64,000 nt of DNA from assembly GCF_009914755.1 (NCBI RefSeq), contig NC_060947.1, one strand, 5' to 3'. The notes under the pieces are model-generated. The model saw only the letters and a program-made list of their open reading frames with translations. It ran no database searches and had not been told where the DNA came from. The first letter of the stretch is position 1; each line of letters starts with the position of its first letter. The stretch comes from the human T2T-CHM13v2.0 reference genome, Homo sapiens. Below, one piece after another: positions 61,756 through 64,000 of this stretch. Position numbers and translations under genes: made by a program.

Positions 61756-64000
61756 GTGAAGATTATCCCGTTTCCAACGAAACCTTCAAAGAGGTCCAAA
61801 TATCCCCTTGCGGATCCCACAGAAAGAGTGTTTCGAAACTGCTGTTTCAAAAGGAATCTTCAACTCTGTGAGTTGAATGCAATCATCACAAAGAAGTTTC
61901 TGACAATGCTTCTCTCTCGTCTTTCTGTGAAGATAAAGGAAAAGGCTTTCAGGCCTTTTCCACCACAGGCCTGAAAGCGCTCCAAATGTCCACTTGCAGA
62001 TTCTGCGAAAAGAATATTTCAAAACTGCTCTATGAAAAGCAATGTTAAACTCTGTGGCTCGAACACAAACATCACAAAGCGGTTTCTGAGAATGTTTCAG
62101 TTTAGTTTTTCTGTGGAAATATTCCCGTTTCCAAAGAAATCTTCAAAGAGGTCCACGTATCCACTTACAGATTCTACAAAAAGACAGTTTCAAAACTGCT
62201 CCATCAAAAGGAGGGTTCAACTGTGTGACTTGAATGCAATCATCACTCAGAAGTTTCTGAGAATGCTTCTCTTTAGTTTTTACGTGAACATATACCCGTT
62301 TCGAACGAAGGCCACCCAGTGGTCCAAATATCCACTTGCAGATTCTACAGAAAGAGTGTTTCGAACCTGAACTCTCAAAGGAAGGTTCATCTCTGCGAGT
62401 TAAATGCATTCATCATGAAGAACTTTCTCAGAGTGTTTGTGTTTAGTTATGGGAAATTATTCCCGTTTCCAACGAAATCCTCAGAGAGCTCCAAATATCC
62501 ACCTGCAGATTCTACCAAAAGTGTATTTGGAAACTGCTCCATCAAAAGGCATGTTCAGCTCTGTGAGTGAAACTCCATCATCACAAAGAATATTCTGAGA
62601 ATGCTTCCGTTTGCCTTTTATCTGAAGTTCCTTCCTATACGACCGTAGGCCTCAAAGCAGTCCAAATCTCCATTTGCAGATTCTACAAAAAGAGTGATTC
62701 CAATCTGCTCTATCAATAGGATTGTTCAACTCCATGAGTTGAATGCCATCCTCACAAAGTCGTTTCTGAGAATGCTTCTATCTAGTTTTTATGTGAAGAT
62801 ATTTCCTTTTCCACCACAGGCCTCAAAGCCCTCCAAACGTCCACTTGCAGATTCTCGAAAAGGAGTGTTTCATAGCTGCTCTTTCGAAAGGAAAGTTCAA
62901 CTCTGGGAGTTGAATACAAACATCACAAAGTAGTTTCCGAGAATGCTTCTGTTTAGTTTTTATGTGAAGATGATCCCGTTTCCAGTGAAATCTTCAAAGA
63001 GGTCCACATATCCCCTTGCAGATTCCAAAGAAAGAGGGTTTCAAAACTGCTCCATCAGAAGGATTGTTCAACTCTGTGAGTTGAATGCAGTCATCGCAGA
63101 AAACTTTCTGAGAATGCTTCTGTCTAGGTTTGATGTGAAGATATAGACGTTTCAAACGAAGGCTACAAAGTGGTCAAAATATACACTTGCAGATTCTACT
63201 ACAAGGGTGTTGCAAACCTGAACTATCAAAGGAAGGTTCAACTCTGTGAGTTGAATACAAACATCACAAAGAATGTTCTGAGTTTGCTTCCGTTCAGTTA
63301 TGGGAAGTTGATCCCGTTTCCAACGAAATCCTCAGAGAGGTCCAAATATCCCCTCGCAGATTCTACAAAACGTGTGTTTGGAAACTGCTCCATCATAACG
63401 AATGTTCAGCTCCCTGAGTTAAACTCCATCGTCACAAAGAATTTTCTGAGAGTGCTACCGTCTGGTTTTTATATGAAGTTCTTTCCTTCACTACCACAGG
63501 CCTCAAAGCGGTCCAAATCTCCACTTGCAGATTCTACAAAAAGAGTGTTTGCAAACTGCTCTATCAAAAGGAATGTTCAACTCTGGGAGTTGAATGCAAT
63601 CATCACAGAGCAGTTTCTGAGAATGCTTCTATGTCGTTTTTAGGAGAAGATATTTCCTTTTCCAACACAGTCCTCCAAGCCCGCTAAATAGCCACTTGCA
63701 CATTGTAGAAAAAGTGTGTCAAAGCTGCGCTATCAAAGGGAAAGTTCAACTCTGTGAGGTGAATGCAAACATCCCAAAGAAGTTTCTGAGAATGCTTCCG
63801 TTTAGCTTTTAGGTGAAGATTATCCCGTTTCCAACGAAACCTTCAAAGAGGTCCAAATATCCCCTTGCGGATCCCACAGAAAGAGTGTTTCGAAACTGCT
63901 GTTTCAAAAGGAATCTTCAACTCTGTGAGTTGAATGCAATCATCACAAAGAAGTTTCTGACAATGCTTCTCTCTCGTCTTTCTGTGAAGATAAAGGAAAA

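Larger units (their letters stand above)
1..64000 (-). repeat. DXZ1: Alpha satellite higher-order repeat array (12-monomer, ~2057-bp HOR, ~31 copies); human chrX centromere DXZ1-type
   Basis: ~171-bp monomer motifs throughout (TTTCTGAGAATGCTTC, CACTTGCAGATTC, TTCAACTCTGTGAGTTGAATGC). Equivalent ORFs recur every 2054-2058 bp, and exactly every 2057 bp from 35015 on. One GGATCC per unit. CENP-B boxes read on the minus strand. A 2057-bp 12-mer BamHI repeat is the established signature of DXZ1. Confidence 0.96.

Noticed and set aside
56-63643. Recurrent 63-157 aa ORFs on both strands (e.g. MVKIYTCRF..., MKSNVKLCG...)
   Set aside because: They are translations of alpha satellite monomers. The 171-bp period is divisible by 3, so motifs like FPTKSSKRSKYPLADS recur. 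Many start at GTG, they overlap, and they are made or broken by indels and SNVs. There is no sign of coding function.
1-64000. CRISPR-like repeat/spacer array
   Set aside because: The sequence between conserved motifs is itself repeated in every HOR; there are no unique spacers and no cas genes.
1-64000. Transposon insertion, inversion or monomer-number variant HORs
   Set aside because: All unit lengths are 2054-2058 bp in a single orientation, leaving no room for L1/Alu insertions or monomer deletions.
1-64000. Possibility that this is a computationally modelled centromere (as in GRCh38) rather than a true assembly
   Set aside because: Linked SNV haplotypes persist across whole HORs and recur at 4-8 kb periods, which a short-memory monomer model should not produce. 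This is not formally excluded without knowing the source.
1-64000. A previously undescribed biological system
   Set aside because: Everything is explained by a well-known centromeric satellite. Any novelty is limited to fine-scale variant structure and the hairpin-forming insertion, and I cannot check whether those have been published.

Overview
The whole 64 kb window is one uninterrupted, single-orientation array of primate centromeric alpha satellite: about 31 head-to-tail copies of a 2057-bp higher-order repeat (HOR), each made of 12 monomers of about 171 bp. The 2057-bp 12-mer, the single BamHI site per unit and the pentameric (5+5+2) monomer organisation match DXZ1, the active human X-chromosome centromere array (suprachromosomal family 3). 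I found no genes, RNA genes, transposons or CRISPR arrays. The ORF track is an artefact of the repeat. I do not see a new biological system here. What is worth a second look lies in the variation between copies: (i) an inverted, apparently self-templated ~15-bp insertion in one monomer that allows two mutually exclusive hairpins; (ii) multi-HOR super-repeats (2-, 3- and 4-HOR periods) with a traceable recombinant HOR; (iii) SNVs that match the paralogous monomer; (iv) clustered loss of CENP-B boxes; (v) indel-bearing HORs concentrated on the left, length-perfect HORs on the right. HOR numbering: HORn starts at GTGA(A/G)GATTATCCCG, at 56, 2113, 4169, 6227, 8281, 10339, 12393, 14449, 16503, 18559, 20617, 22674, 24731, 26788, 28845, 30902, 32959, 35015, then every 2057 bp up to 61756 (HOR31) and 63813 (partial HOR32). 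All comparisons were made by eye, so the variant lists may be incomplete.
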